A stretch of DNA of 30,065 nucleotides from a virus (IMGVR_UViG_3300020017_000422:1-30065), one strand, 5' to 3'. Positions 8,750-16,140 are shown, counted from the stretch's first letter. The notes: generated from the sequence alone by a model not told the origin. Program-made: numbers and translations.

Positions 8750-8778
8750 TTGCAAATAAACGCAAGGGCAAATATAAT
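8750..8778 (+). promoter_or_regulatory. Sigma70-type promoter
   Basis: TTGCAA-17 bp-TATAAT upstream of 8801. Confidence 0.65.
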
Positions 8779-8800
8779 CTCTTGCGCATGAGGTGAGGCA

Positions 8801-9007
8801 ATGGCGATACAATTAGACTTTTTCCAACCCGAACTATCGGAAGTTGAATATCTACGGCTCGATGTCAAAGAAGTCAAAGACAGCAATGACAAAGTACGTA
8901 AGAGCCTGTTCGCGAAGCACGGCGATTTGGCGCGCAAGTACATGGAATTGCACGAACGCATGCAGATTCTTGAAAGAAACATATGCTTGGGCACCATTAA
9001 AACGTAA
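8801..9007 (+). CDS. Hypothetical coiled-coil protein (68 aa)
   Basis: Own promoter, GAGGTGAGG RBS. Confidence 0.7.
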   Translation: MAIQLDFFQPELSEVEYLRLDVKEVKDSNDKVRKSLFAKHGDLARKYMELHERMQILERNICLGTIKT

Positions 9008-9512
9008 TTTCTATCCTTACCCCATAGGCTGCACTTTTAACCTGACCGCAGGCTATCGTAATGCGTTTATCGCTATCAGCCTTCCCTGCTCTATACTCGC
9101 CTGTGATAATGGCGCATACGGCATCCACGATGTATTTAAAGCTCATAGGCAAATTGTCAAAGACGTCGAGCTCGTCGGGAGCGAAGCGCGTAAGCATGAT
9201 CTTGCATGGCAGCGAGATTTTATCACGCAGCGGCTTGAGACCTAGGGTTACTACCCTTTGCTGGTCTTTGTGCCTGCCGTGCTTGACTTGCCAGGGTTCA
9301 AAGCAATTGGCTTCGCTTTTTGTCCTAATCGGCAGGTCCAAAAGCACCTTTCCCTCGTAAACCTCCGATTTCATGCTTATTTTGGCCACAGAGCGTTTTT
9401 TTCTACCGGTTGGTGTCTTTCCCTTACCCGCCCTCTTTTGACGCAATGGCGGTGCCTTTCTGTGCGAAATAGAGCTATCCTCATTTCTAATCACAGAATC
9501 AAAACGGCACAT
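8997..9512 (-). CDS. RusA-like Holliday junction resolvase/endonuclease (start uncertain)
   Basis: LDVFDNL..FKYIVDAV..DSDKRI..VRIEI resembles the RusA catalytic motif; position after replication genes. Confidence 0.6.
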   Translation of the reverse strand: MCRFDSVIRNEDSSISHRKAPPLRQKRAGKGKTPTGRKKRSVAKISMKSEVYEGKVLLDLPIRTKSEANCFEPWQVKHGRHKDQQRVVTLGLKPLRDKISLPCKIMLTRFAPDELDVFDNLPMSFKYIVDAVCAIITGEYRAGKADSDKRITIACGQVKSAAYGVRIEITF

Positions 9513-9810
9513 CGTTGCTTTTCGTCGCAACTTGACCTCCTTTGCGCTCCCACTCGCGGTTATCAAGAAAAGCTTTGATATCATCCTCTAGGAAGTTGCT
9601 ATCCTGAGCGAAGGATTTCAGGTATTTCTTTTCCCCGTGCTTCGTCACGGCTGCCGATATCTCCGACCAAAACATACCACCGTTCTTCATTTTCTTGCGG
9701 ACGTAGGTTACGCGGTATTTCTTGTCGAAGCATAGGCTTACGGCCTCCGCGATGTACTGGTCCTCTGGAAAAGCTTCGTGGTTTACAAAATCAAAAGTGC
9801 TCACAATCAA
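9499..9810 (-). CDS. Hypothetical beta-rich protein with SSB-like C-terminal DVPF tail
   Basis: AGGAG RBS; ends SNDVPF; follows the helicase loader. Confidence 0.65.
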   Translation of the reverse strand: MIVSTFDFVNHEAFPEDQYIAEAVSLCFDKKYRVTYVRKKMKNGGMFWSEISAAVTKHGEKKYLKSFAQDSNFLEDDIKAFLDNREWERKGGQVATKSNDVPF

Positions 9811-9828
9811 TCTCCTAGGTTTTTTTGT

Positions 9829-10455
9829 TTAAAAGATCATCGGTCTTCTATCTGGTCCATCATGCCTCACACAGCGACCAGAGGCCACACGGCTAACAAA
9901 AGCATCTCCAAACATCTCCCTCATCGAGGTTGAGTTTAAATTAGTTGTTATGATTGTACCATGTGTTGATTTAAGCTTATGTCGCTTATCTGCTATGATG
10001 TAAAGAAATTCCATGAAAGCTTCTGTAGGCCTTGTGGTCCCTATGTCATCCAAAACCAGCAATGGGGCTTTGATTAGCTCGTTGAGGAGGTAGTCCGTAG
10101 GGCCGTATTTGGCGAATATGGCCTGCTGCTTGAGCTTGAGGTCGGCTTGATTCCAAAACATGTTGTCATTCCAGGGATGGTAGAACTTGCCGAATATGGC
10201 CTCAGCGGTGAATGTCTTGCCATTGCCGTTCTTGCCTGAGATGAGAAAAAAGCCTTTAGGGTTAGCTACAAACTCGTTTACGTGCTTCATGTACGCCTCT
10301 GGCTTATCGTCTATCTCGCTGAGTTTGGGATACACTCTAGAACCTACCTGTGTGTGGGCTGTCGACGGGGTTGCCGTCGATGTCTTTGGTTCGTCTATCT
10401 TGCGAAGTGCCCCCGGAAGCAGATCGGTAAGCCTTTTTGTTTTCGATTCGCTCAT
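9829..10455 (-). CDS. DnaC/IstB-like AAA+ ATPase (helicase loader)
   Basis: Walker A GKNGNGKT, Walker B LLVLDDIG, TIITTN; start re-assigned to MSESK (GGGAG upstream). Confidence 0.9.
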   Translation of the reverse strand: MSESKTKRLTDLLPGALRKIDEPKTSTATPSTAHTQVGSRVYPKLSEIDDKPEAYMKHVNEFVANPKGFFLISGKNGNGKTFTAEAIFGKFYHPWNDNMFWNQADLKLKQQAIFAKYGPTDYLLNELIKAPLLVLDDIGTTRPTEAFMEFLYIIADKRHKLKSTHGTIITTNLNSTSMREMFGDAFVSRVASGRCVRHDGPDRRPMIF

Positions 10456-11134
10456 TTTCTCTCCCAAACCAGCCTGTGAGGTATTTCCTGTAGCTAGACC
10501 GCCTGCTCTTGGATTGATTGTTTTTAAACCATTGTGCTGCTTTGAGGGTTTCGACCTGGATGTCGATATGCGGGTACATGAGCTTCCAGTCGGCAACGTC
10601 CTTTTCGGCGATTCCAGTGAAAGACCAAGATTCGTGATCGAAAGACAAAGCATCGACTGAGCGAGGCCGCTTTGCGGTCCGAGGTCTATCTATCTTTGGT
10701 ATATCGTTAGATATACCTTCTTTACATTCTTGTTTGTCGTTGGTCGGTCGTTGGTCGGTCGTTGGTCGGTCGTTACTTCGGTCGTTACCCACTTCTGAAT
10801 TTATATCCCAAACGCTTGTGGATAAGAGCTTTACCTTAGTTCCAACGGTCGTTACTCCGGTCGTTGATTTTTTGCGTGTGCGGCACGTTTCCACGATTTC
10901 TATATGTTGGCGCTTCACCAAAAGGTCTTTCGCTGTTCGATAGTTTTGTTCGGTCATATCATAATTGGTGTGTCCGCCAATGAAGCATTCTCCAATGCTC
11001 AAACCATCGGGATCACCTTTATGGCGTCGAGCGGATTCGGCAATAATAGCTAGAAGTCGGAAGGCATGACCCTTCTTTTTTAAGAGCCACATAGCTTCAT
11101 CGGAAGGAATGAATTTTAGGAATCGTTCAGACAT
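10337..11134 (-). CDS. Phage replication initiator (lambda O-like organisation)
   Basis: Upstream of DnaC-like loader; N-terminal wHTH-like region, central repeat-encoded linker, C-terminal KAAQWF..KYLTGWF domain. Confidence 0.7.
   Translation of the reverse strand: MSERFLKFIPSDEAMWLLKKKGHAFRLLAIIAESARRHKGDPDGLSIGECFIGGHTNYDMTEQNYRTAKDLLVKRQHIEIVETCRTRKKSTTGVTTVGTKVKLLSTSVWDINSEVGNDRSNDRPTTDQRPTNDKQECKEGISNDIPKIDRPRTAKRPRSVDALSFDHESWSFTGIAEKDVADWKLMYPHIDIQVETLKAAQWFKNNQSKSRRSSYRKYLTGWFGRENERIENKKAYRSASGGTSQDRRTKDIDGNPVDSPHTGRF
10687..10866. repeat. Putative replication origin: iterons, DnaA box, AT-rich segment
   Basis: GTCGTTGGTCG x3 (10736-10768) plus GTCGTTAC variants to 10866; TGTGGATAA at 10817-10825; GGTATATC-GTTA-GATATACC at 10698-10717. 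Confidence 0.7.
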
Positions 11135-11312
11135 AGCGCTCCACAAAAACGTTGCGTGCTTTTGCGTGGAGTGCTAGAATGGAAGTACAAACACGTCCAT
11201 TCAAGCGTCTCCACGCTTCCCCGAATAAGCCTCGACTACCAATCGAGGCTTTTTCTTTGTCTAGACTAGCATATGCTGCCGATGCAAAGCAATAAAGGTT
11301 TATACTAATCAT
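11127..11312 (-). CDS. Possible leader peptide spanning the rep leader
   Basis: ATG overlaps the upstream stop and TGA overlaps the rep start; may be non-coding. Confidence 0.3.
   Translation of the reverse strand: MISINLYCFASAAYASLDKEKASIGSRGLFGEAWRRLNGRVCTSILALHAKARNVFVERYV
11152..11180 (+). promoter_or_regulatory. Antisense promoter 1
   Basis: TTGCGT-17 bp-TAGAAT with extended -10 TG. Confidence 0.65.
11187..11258 (+). ncRNA. Candidate antisense RNA 1 (about 70 nt) opposite the rep leader
   Basis: Bracketed by promoter and terminator on the strand opposite the operon; ends inferred. Confidence 0.55.
11227..11258 (+). terminator. Intrinsic terminator of candidate antisense RNA 1
   Basis: AAGCCTCGA-CTACCAA-TCGAGGCTT then TTTCTTT. 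Confidence 0.7.
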
Positions 11313-11580
11313 TCAGATGTGGCCCCAAAACGTCGATCTGAAACTCTTCATCACCTTCGACGAAATGGACGAGATTCAGAAACATCAGGGGTGCCAGCAG
11401 ATTCCTAAACATCGTTGGCGAGATCAGATATTCCTTGCGTACACTCTTTTTCTCAGTGACCAAGCACATCTGCTTACCTTTCTTTTTCCAGAGCTGGACA
11501 TAAAGAAGAGCCGATTTAGGACAGCTTTTTAAGACTCGATTGAAATATTTTAACGGGGGAAATTCCGAATAGTCGTGCAT
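11305..11580 (-). CDS. Hypothetical protein, possibly winged-helix DNA binding
   Basis: 91 aa between Cro-like gene and rep; ISPTMFRNLLAPL helix followed by a beta hairpin. Confidence 0.65.
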   Translation of the reverse strand: MHDYSEFPPLKYFNRVLKSCPKSALLYVQLWKKKGKQMCLVTEKKSVRKEYLISPTMFRNLLAPLMFLNLVHFVEGDEEFQIDVLGPHLND

Positions 11581-11596
11581 ATTCCTCTAAAAATTC

Positions 11597-11625
11597 TTGT
11601 TTTCTTTTAGGGGAAAGCATACGAT
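11597..11625 (+). promoter_or_regulatory. Antisense promoter 2
   Basis: TTGTTT-17 bp-TACGAT. Confidence 0.5.
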
Positions 11626-11631
11626 TTTCTG

Positions 11632-11765
11632 TAGAAACGTCCGCTTTCCCGAATTTGTGGGCTTATCGTGTCGCAATGTGGGCCTGCACCCCCTGGTAGG
11701 TTGGCGTTTTTGATGATGTTCCTGACTGGCGGCGTAGCTGATTGGCGTTAGCTACGCCGATTTTA
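11632..11765 (+). ncRNA. Candidate antisense RNA 2 (about 130 nt)
   Basis: Promoter above; ends in CGGCGTAGCTGA-TTGGCG-TTAGCTACGCCG followed by ATTTT; ends inferred. Confidence 0.45.
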
Positions 11766-11868
11766 AATATATTTATCAAATAAAGATTGCAAGCGATTTT
11801 CTTTATTCAGTAGCTTTTGCCTAGGGGAATTGTCAACCTAGGAAGTTATGTATGAAAGAAGTGTGGAC

Positions 11869-11900
11869 AGAAATCTGGCAAGGTTTGAGTTCCTCGCCAG
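11869..11900 (-). terminator. Weak terminator/hairpin after the Cro-like gene
   Basis: CTGGCGAGG-AACTCAAA-CCTTGCCAG-ATTTCT on the minus strand. Confidence 0.4.
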
Positions 11901-11907
11901 GGTTTCG

Positions 11908-12165
11908 CTACTTAGTGGTAGGCTTGGTTTTTGCTTTAGGCTTGGTTTTGGCAGCTTTTTTGCTGTCTGTATAAGATTGGTCGATCCAATCGTAGACTGT
12001 GATAGCACCTTTGGTGTACTTCTCTATTTCGTACGCCAGCTTCAAGTTTGGTGTCAGTCCCTTCCTCAATATGTCGTGGAGTGTAGAGGTGCTGATGCCC
12101 AGCTTCTCTGCCACCCCCCTTTGTTTTTTGTCATTACATTTCATCCATTCTGCAAACTTATTCAC
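11908..12165 (-). CDS. XRE/Cro-like HTH regulator with Lys-rich tail
   Basis: QRGVAEKLGISTSTLHDILRKGLTPNLKLAYEIEKYTKGAIT; GTG start after GAGGG. Confidence 0.85.
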   Translation of the reverse strand: MNKFAEWMKCNDKKQRGVAEKLGISTSTLHDILRKGLTPNLKLAYEIEKYTKGAITVYDWIDQSYTDSKKAAKTKPKAKTKPTTK

Positions 12166-12279
12166 TTGACCCTCTTTTCGAATGTTTTTATGGACAAAAA
12201 TACGGAATCGCGATACGTTTGTGAGCATACCAAGCAAACTTGTTAAGCGCAATGTTTTTGCTTAGTAAACGAAAAGGTG

Positions 12280-12308
12280 TTGACTTACGTTGCGTTGCAT
12301 GTAACAAT
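12280..12308 (+). promoter_or_regulatory. Putative early promoter of the recombination operon
   Basis: TTGACT-17 bp-AACAAT with TG at the extended -10 position. Confidence 0.5.
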
Positions 12309-12369
12309 GTGACCTTATACAACACAAAACGGAGGCGCCAACCTCCTCAATCAAAAAGGAAACCAGTCT

Positions 12370-12561
12370 ATGAATATCAGCAAAAACGTCATCGATGATG
12401 CGGTATCTAATATCGCCGCTACATCGGAAGCTCTGGAAAGATTCTGCCAAGATCCTAAGAACTACAACTCATACACGGCTCAGTTGTTAGAGCGCATGGC
12501 ATGGGAGCTGCATAAGCAAGCCAACGAGCTCAAAGAAATCAACTACTTGTATGGGGTGTAG
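12370..12561 (+). CDS. Hypothetical early protein (63 aa)
   Basis: AAGGA RBS; first ORF of plus-strand operon. Confidence 0.65.
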   Translation: MNISKNVIDDAVSNIAATSEALERFCQDPKNYNSYTAQLLERMAWELHKQANELKEINYLYGV

Positions 12562-12563
12562 CT

Positions 12564-12755
12564 ATGGGAGCATCAGCATATTGGGCACAATGGAGCCCGT
12601 CAGAGATTATGTCTATGCACGGCGTAGAGTTAGACGGCTGTCATGATGATGACGATCAAGATCATGATGATTGCCAAGACGACAGCGACGATGAAGAGCA
12701 TTGCTGTTCAGGCTGCATGGACTGCTTAGGTCTTTCTTGGAGAGACTTTATGTAG
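12564..12755 (+). CDS. Small acidic Cys/His-rich protein
   Basis: DDDDQDHDDCQDDSDDEEHCCSGCMDC; GGGGTG RBS. Confidence 0.6.
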   Translation: MGASAYWAQWSPSEIMSMHGVELDGCHDDDDQDHDDCQDDSDDEEHCCSGCMDCLGLSWRDFM

Positions 12756-12859
12756 TCAGGAGACCGGGAGGGACCACCCCTCCCGGTATGAAGAAACGAA
12801 CTGGAATTAATAACGCCAATATCATCAAAAACCCAATCTAAGACAAGGAAATTTATCAT

Positions 12860-13546
12860 ATGACACAATCAGAAACAATCAACGAGTTAGCCGCTGCCCT
12901 ATCAAAGGCTCAAGGCGAGATGCAGGCAGCAATCAAGGATAAGGTCAATCCATTCTTCAAGAGCTCCTATGCGGACTTAGGAAGTGTATGGGATGCAGCG
13001 CGTCCAGTACTCAGCAAGTACGGCCTTTGCATCATGCAAACGACAGAGCTTGCAGGCGACAGAAACCAGGTCATCATGGTGACTACGCTAGCTCATACAT
13101 CGGGCCAATGGATGAAGTCTTACCTGCCTCTTAATCCATCAAAGAACGATAGTCAGGGCATGGGCGCTGCTATCACCTACCTAAGAAGATACTCTCTCTC
13201 TGCTATCGTCGGCGTTGTTTGCGACGAGGATGACGATGGAGAAACCGCCGTTGGCCGAGGTAAGACACAGGACGAACAAAAGCCGCCAGCTCAAAACAAT
13301 CAACCGCCAGCGCAGCCACACGGCATCATTGAAAAGGTTGATAAGACGGAAATCTTTGCCTTAACAACACTAATCCAAAACCTAGATGAGGAAAGCAACA
13401 AATCCTTTTTCGACTGGATCAGCAAGAACTTCAATGCCAAATCCATACAGGATATTCCTAAGGCTTGTTACGAGAAATGCATGGTTTCTCTTAATGCTAA
13501 GATTAAATACCTAAAAGATCAGCAGCAATCAATGGCGGTGGCATAA
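12860..13546 (+). CDS. erf: ERF family single-strand annealing protein
   Basis: NPFFKSSYADL, QGMGAAITYLRRYSLSAIVG, DDDG signature. Confidence 0.92.
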   Translation: MTQSETINELAAALSKAQGEMQAAIKDKVNPFFKSSYADLGSVWDAARPVLSKYGLCIMQTTELAGDRNQVIMVTTLAHTSGQWMKSYLPLNPSKNDSQGMGAAITYLRRYSLSAIVGVVCDEDDDGETAVGRGKTQDEQKPPAQNNQPPAQPHGIIEKVDKTEIFALTTLIQNLDEESNKSFFDWISKNFNAKSIQDIPKACYEKCMVSLNAKIKYLKDQQQSMAVA

Positions 13547-13776
13547 TGAGAAGGGACGACATAATCAATATTCTTTGTAAGCTCAAATATAGCTGCGACG
13601 ATTTTCCTACCGTACAAACGAGTTTTCGTTATGACTTTGACGAAAGGGAATACGAAATTAAGTTCGAAAGGAATGAGGGAAGAATTGTCAACTTTCATCT
13701 AGCTGACATCGGTGCCACTAAAAAAGCTCAAGATAAACCCGAGGAAGCGTTGGAGGTTGTCAATGAAGATAATTAA
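13546..13776 (+). CDS. Hypothetical protein (76 aa)
   Basis: TAATG coupling after ERF. Confidence 0.6.
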   Translation: MRRDDIINILCKLKYSCDDFPTVQTSFRYDFDEREYEIKFERNEGRIVNFHLADIGATKKAQDKPEEALEVVNEDN

Positions 13777-14623
13777 TCTAGAGCAAGGATCACAAGAATG
13801 GCTGTCTTGGAGAAAGACAGTCATTACAGCTACCGATTGTTCCTGTATCTTAGGCAATAATCCCTGGACAACAGCCTATAAGTGCTGGCAGAGGAAGCTT
13901 GGGCATATACAAGAGCAGACTTCTAACGCTGCCATGGAGCGTGGTAAAAAACTGGAGCCCGAAGCGAGGGCCCAGTTCATCGAACGCTTCGGTCCTCATA
14001 TGACTCCCGTAGTAGTCGAGAGCTCAGAGTTCGATTTCCTAGGTGCTTCTCTTGATGGAATATCCGAAGACGGTCAAGCCATCTTAGAGATTAAATGCGG
14101 CGGTGAAAAGCTTCATCACATGGCCTTTAATCAAGAAATCCCGCAGTACTATCTCGACCAGATACAGCACCAGCTTTTTGTCACTGGAGCTAAGAGGTGT
14201 TTTTATTATAGCTACGATGGCACCAATGGCATATGCATTGAGGTTTTACCCGACCCTGAATTCAAGGCGAAGTTCATGCCTAAGGCACGGGAATTCTGGA
14301 AGTGCGTGGCTTTCAATGAGCCACCAGCTTTGCAGGATTCAGACTACAAGGACATGTCTGACGCTCCAAGCTGGAAAGGTTATGCTGAACAGTACCGCAA
14401 GCTCAATGAGCAGATTAAGAGCCTCGAAGATATCAAGGAAAGCTACCGTAAAGAGATTATAAAGCTCTGTAGCGATCAAAACTGCTTGGGGGGCGGCATT
14501 AAGGTCATGAAGACCAATATTCGTGGCCGCGTCGATTATGACGCTATTCCAGAGATCAAGGGTGTTGACCTTGATAAGTACAGAAAAAACTCAACATCAG
14601 CGTGGAAAATACTGATTGCCTAG
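13763..14623 (+). CDS. YqaJ/lambda-exonuclease family recombination nuclease
   Basis: QGSQEWLSWR, ASLDG, LEIKC, YLDQIQHQL; GGAGG RBS before ATG 13763. Confidence 0.92.
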   Translation: MKIINLEQGSQEWLSWRKTVITATDCSCILGNNPWTTAYKCWQRKLGHIQEQTSNAAMERGKKLEPEARAQFIERFGPHMTPVVVESSEFDFLGASLDGISEDGQAILEIKCGGEKLHHMAFNQEIPQYYLDQIQHQLFVTGAKRCFYYSYDGTNGICIEVLPDPEFKAKFMPKAREFWKCVAFNEPPALQDSDYKDMSDAPSWKGYAEQYRKLNEQIKSLEDIKESYRKEIIKLCSDQNCLGGGIKVMKTNIRGRVDYDAIPEIKGVDLDKYRKNSTSAWKILIA

Positions 14624-14665
14624 AAAAAGTGTTTATCCGATAGGATGACAATAAAGGAGCTACCT

Positions 14666-14827
14666 ATGAAATACTTTCTGATCTCATTAGTTGCTTTATT
14701 GTCATCCTGCACTTACTCGGTCATCATGAACCATTCCGAGGGAACGGCTACTGATATGGTTGATGAGGGACAAGCTCCATCCACAACTCTTACGCCTACC
14801 GTTACGTTGACTCCAGCAGCTCTATAA
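14666..14827 (+). CDS. Small lipoprotein
   Basis: MKYFLISLVALLSS-C lipobox; AAGGAG RBS. Confidence 0.65.
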   Translation: MKYFLISLVALLSSCTYSVIMNHSEGTATDMVDEGQAPSTTLTPTVTLTPAAL

Positions 14828-15493
14828 CTCGACTCTTATGGGCTTATTGACTGGTCTATAGCGCTTGTTCATGATGCTGCAATTGACAGAGATCATCATC
14901 TTGTTGTCATAGGTGGGAAAATGCTCTTCCCGCCCATACGCTTCATGTATATGGCTAAAGGCGTGTAGGCGAGGCCTCCCTACGTATCTGAGCCAGCCAT
15001 ATAGGGATGTGCTTCCCGCATGAAATAAAGAACCATCATCTATGGGTATGCCGTCTAACACGCCGAAAGGTGGGGTATGCGTGATCAAAATATCGGTATC
15101 CTGTGGAATTAAATCCCACTTATCCATAAGACCGTCGCCTTCACGAGAAGGAATAGGTAAAGTAAACGCGCAGCACTTAGGGTTTATTCCTTTAAACTGA
15201 GCCGTCCAAGGAGACCCCCAGATCTTTAACCCTTCGAATTCGGTGCCGGAGTCACAAAGGTAGGTAAAAGGTAAATGCTTACCCGAAAATCCCAGTGTGT
15301 GTTGTAGAACATTATCATGATTACCCGCGATGACGACCTTCAATGAATAGGATTGATTTTCTATCCAATCATGGAAATCTAGGTATTCATTTACCTGGTC
15401 ATTAGCGGTCAAATCACCGGTGATAATGAGAAGATCGCCGCCTTTAAGTTGAGGGCGAGCACCATGAAGGCAACCAATGCAGTCAATGATCAT
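14822..15493 (-). CDS. Calcineurin-like metallophosphoesterase (MPPED-like)
   Basis: xLHG, TGDLT, GNHD, THTPP, SHIHE motifs. Confidence 0.9.
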   Translation of the reverse strand: MIIDCIGCLHGARPQLKGGDLLIITGDLTANDQVNEYLDFHDWIENQSYSLKVVIAGNHDNVLQHTLGFSGKHLPFTYLCDSGTEFEGLKIWGSPWTAQFKGINPKCCAFTLPIPSREGDGLMDKWDLIPQDTDILITHTPPFGVLDGIPIDDGSLFHAGSTSLYGWLRYVGRPRLHAFSHIHEAYGREEHFPTYDNKMMISVNCSIMNKRYRPVNKPIRVEL

Positions 15494-15543
15494 ATAAAAC
15501 CCCTATATAAAGCATATAGGGATTCTATATGCGGTGCATATAT

Positions 15544-15690
15544 TTAGCAGCCCTTTTTCTTCATGGCCTTTTTTTCGCCAACCTTCTCGCCCATTTTCTC
15601 ATGCTTCTTATCATTCTTCTTGTCCATCTTTTCGAGCTTTTTCATGCCCTTATCGATAGCTTTCTTCTCTTTTCTGATTGCTTTATCCAT
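15544..15690 (-). CDS. Lys-rich 48-aa protein (not in the ORF track)
   Basis: MDKAIRKEKKAIDKGMKKLEKMDKKNDKKHEKMGEKVGEKKAMKKKGC; TAATG coupling. Confidence 0.65.
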   Translation of the reverse strand: MDKAIRKEKKAIDKGMKKLEKMDKKNDKKHEKMGEKVGEKKAMKKKGC

Positions 15691-15842
15691 TATTTCTTTC
15701 CCTTTCTTGGAATTTTAGCTCCGGCTTTTCGTGCAACGTTTAGCGCTATAGCCACGGCTTGTTTATGTCCTTTGCCCGCTTTCTCTTCTGTCTCTATATT
15801 ACGGCCTATCGCTTTCTTAGAGCCGCTCTTCACTAAGGGCAT
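15690..15842 (-). CDS. Basic 50-aa phage protein (DUF6496-like; not in the ORF track)
   Basis: MPLVKSGSKKAIGRNIETEEKAGKGHKQAVAIALNVARKAGAKIPRKGKK; TAAGGAG RBS. Confidence 0.75.
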   Translation of the reverse strand: MPLVKSGSKKAIGRNIETEEKAGKGHKQAVAIALNVARKAGAKIPRKGKK

Positions 15843-16057
15843 TTTGGGCACTCCTTATTAGTCTCAGCGGTGGCTGCCTTGTCTTTATGGCTCTGTAGTA
15901 TTTCGCAGATGGCATCGATTGCAGCGTTTTTACCGGCTTCATCTTTCATATATTGCGCATGGACGATGTTAAGGGTATTGGCAATCTGTTGCAAAAGACC
16001 GGCTGTGTGAGTGTATTCTAGGCCCTCTTTGAATAAATCCTTGATTTTGTCTAGCAT
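15833..16057 (-). CDS. Hypothetical protein (74 aa)
   Basis: AAGGA RBS; ATG start. Confidence 0.65.
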   Translation of the reverse strand: MLDKIKDLFKEGLEYTHTAGLLQQIANTLNIVHAQYMKDEAGKNAAIDAICEILQSHKDKAATAETNKECPKCP

Positions 16058-16140
16058 CTGTCTTCCTTTGTTTTTTTTGTGTTTCGCGATACGTCATTAC
16101 GTGTATCTTTTGCGAGTGATTTTATCAATAATTATTTCAT

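Noticed and set aside
10736-10790. Short direct repeats as a CRISPR array
   Set aside because: 11-bp tandem units with no spacers and no cas genes; iterons fit better
11581-11900. tRNA in the structured intergenic region
   Set aside because: No cloverleaf, T-loop GTTCRA or acceptor stem recognisable
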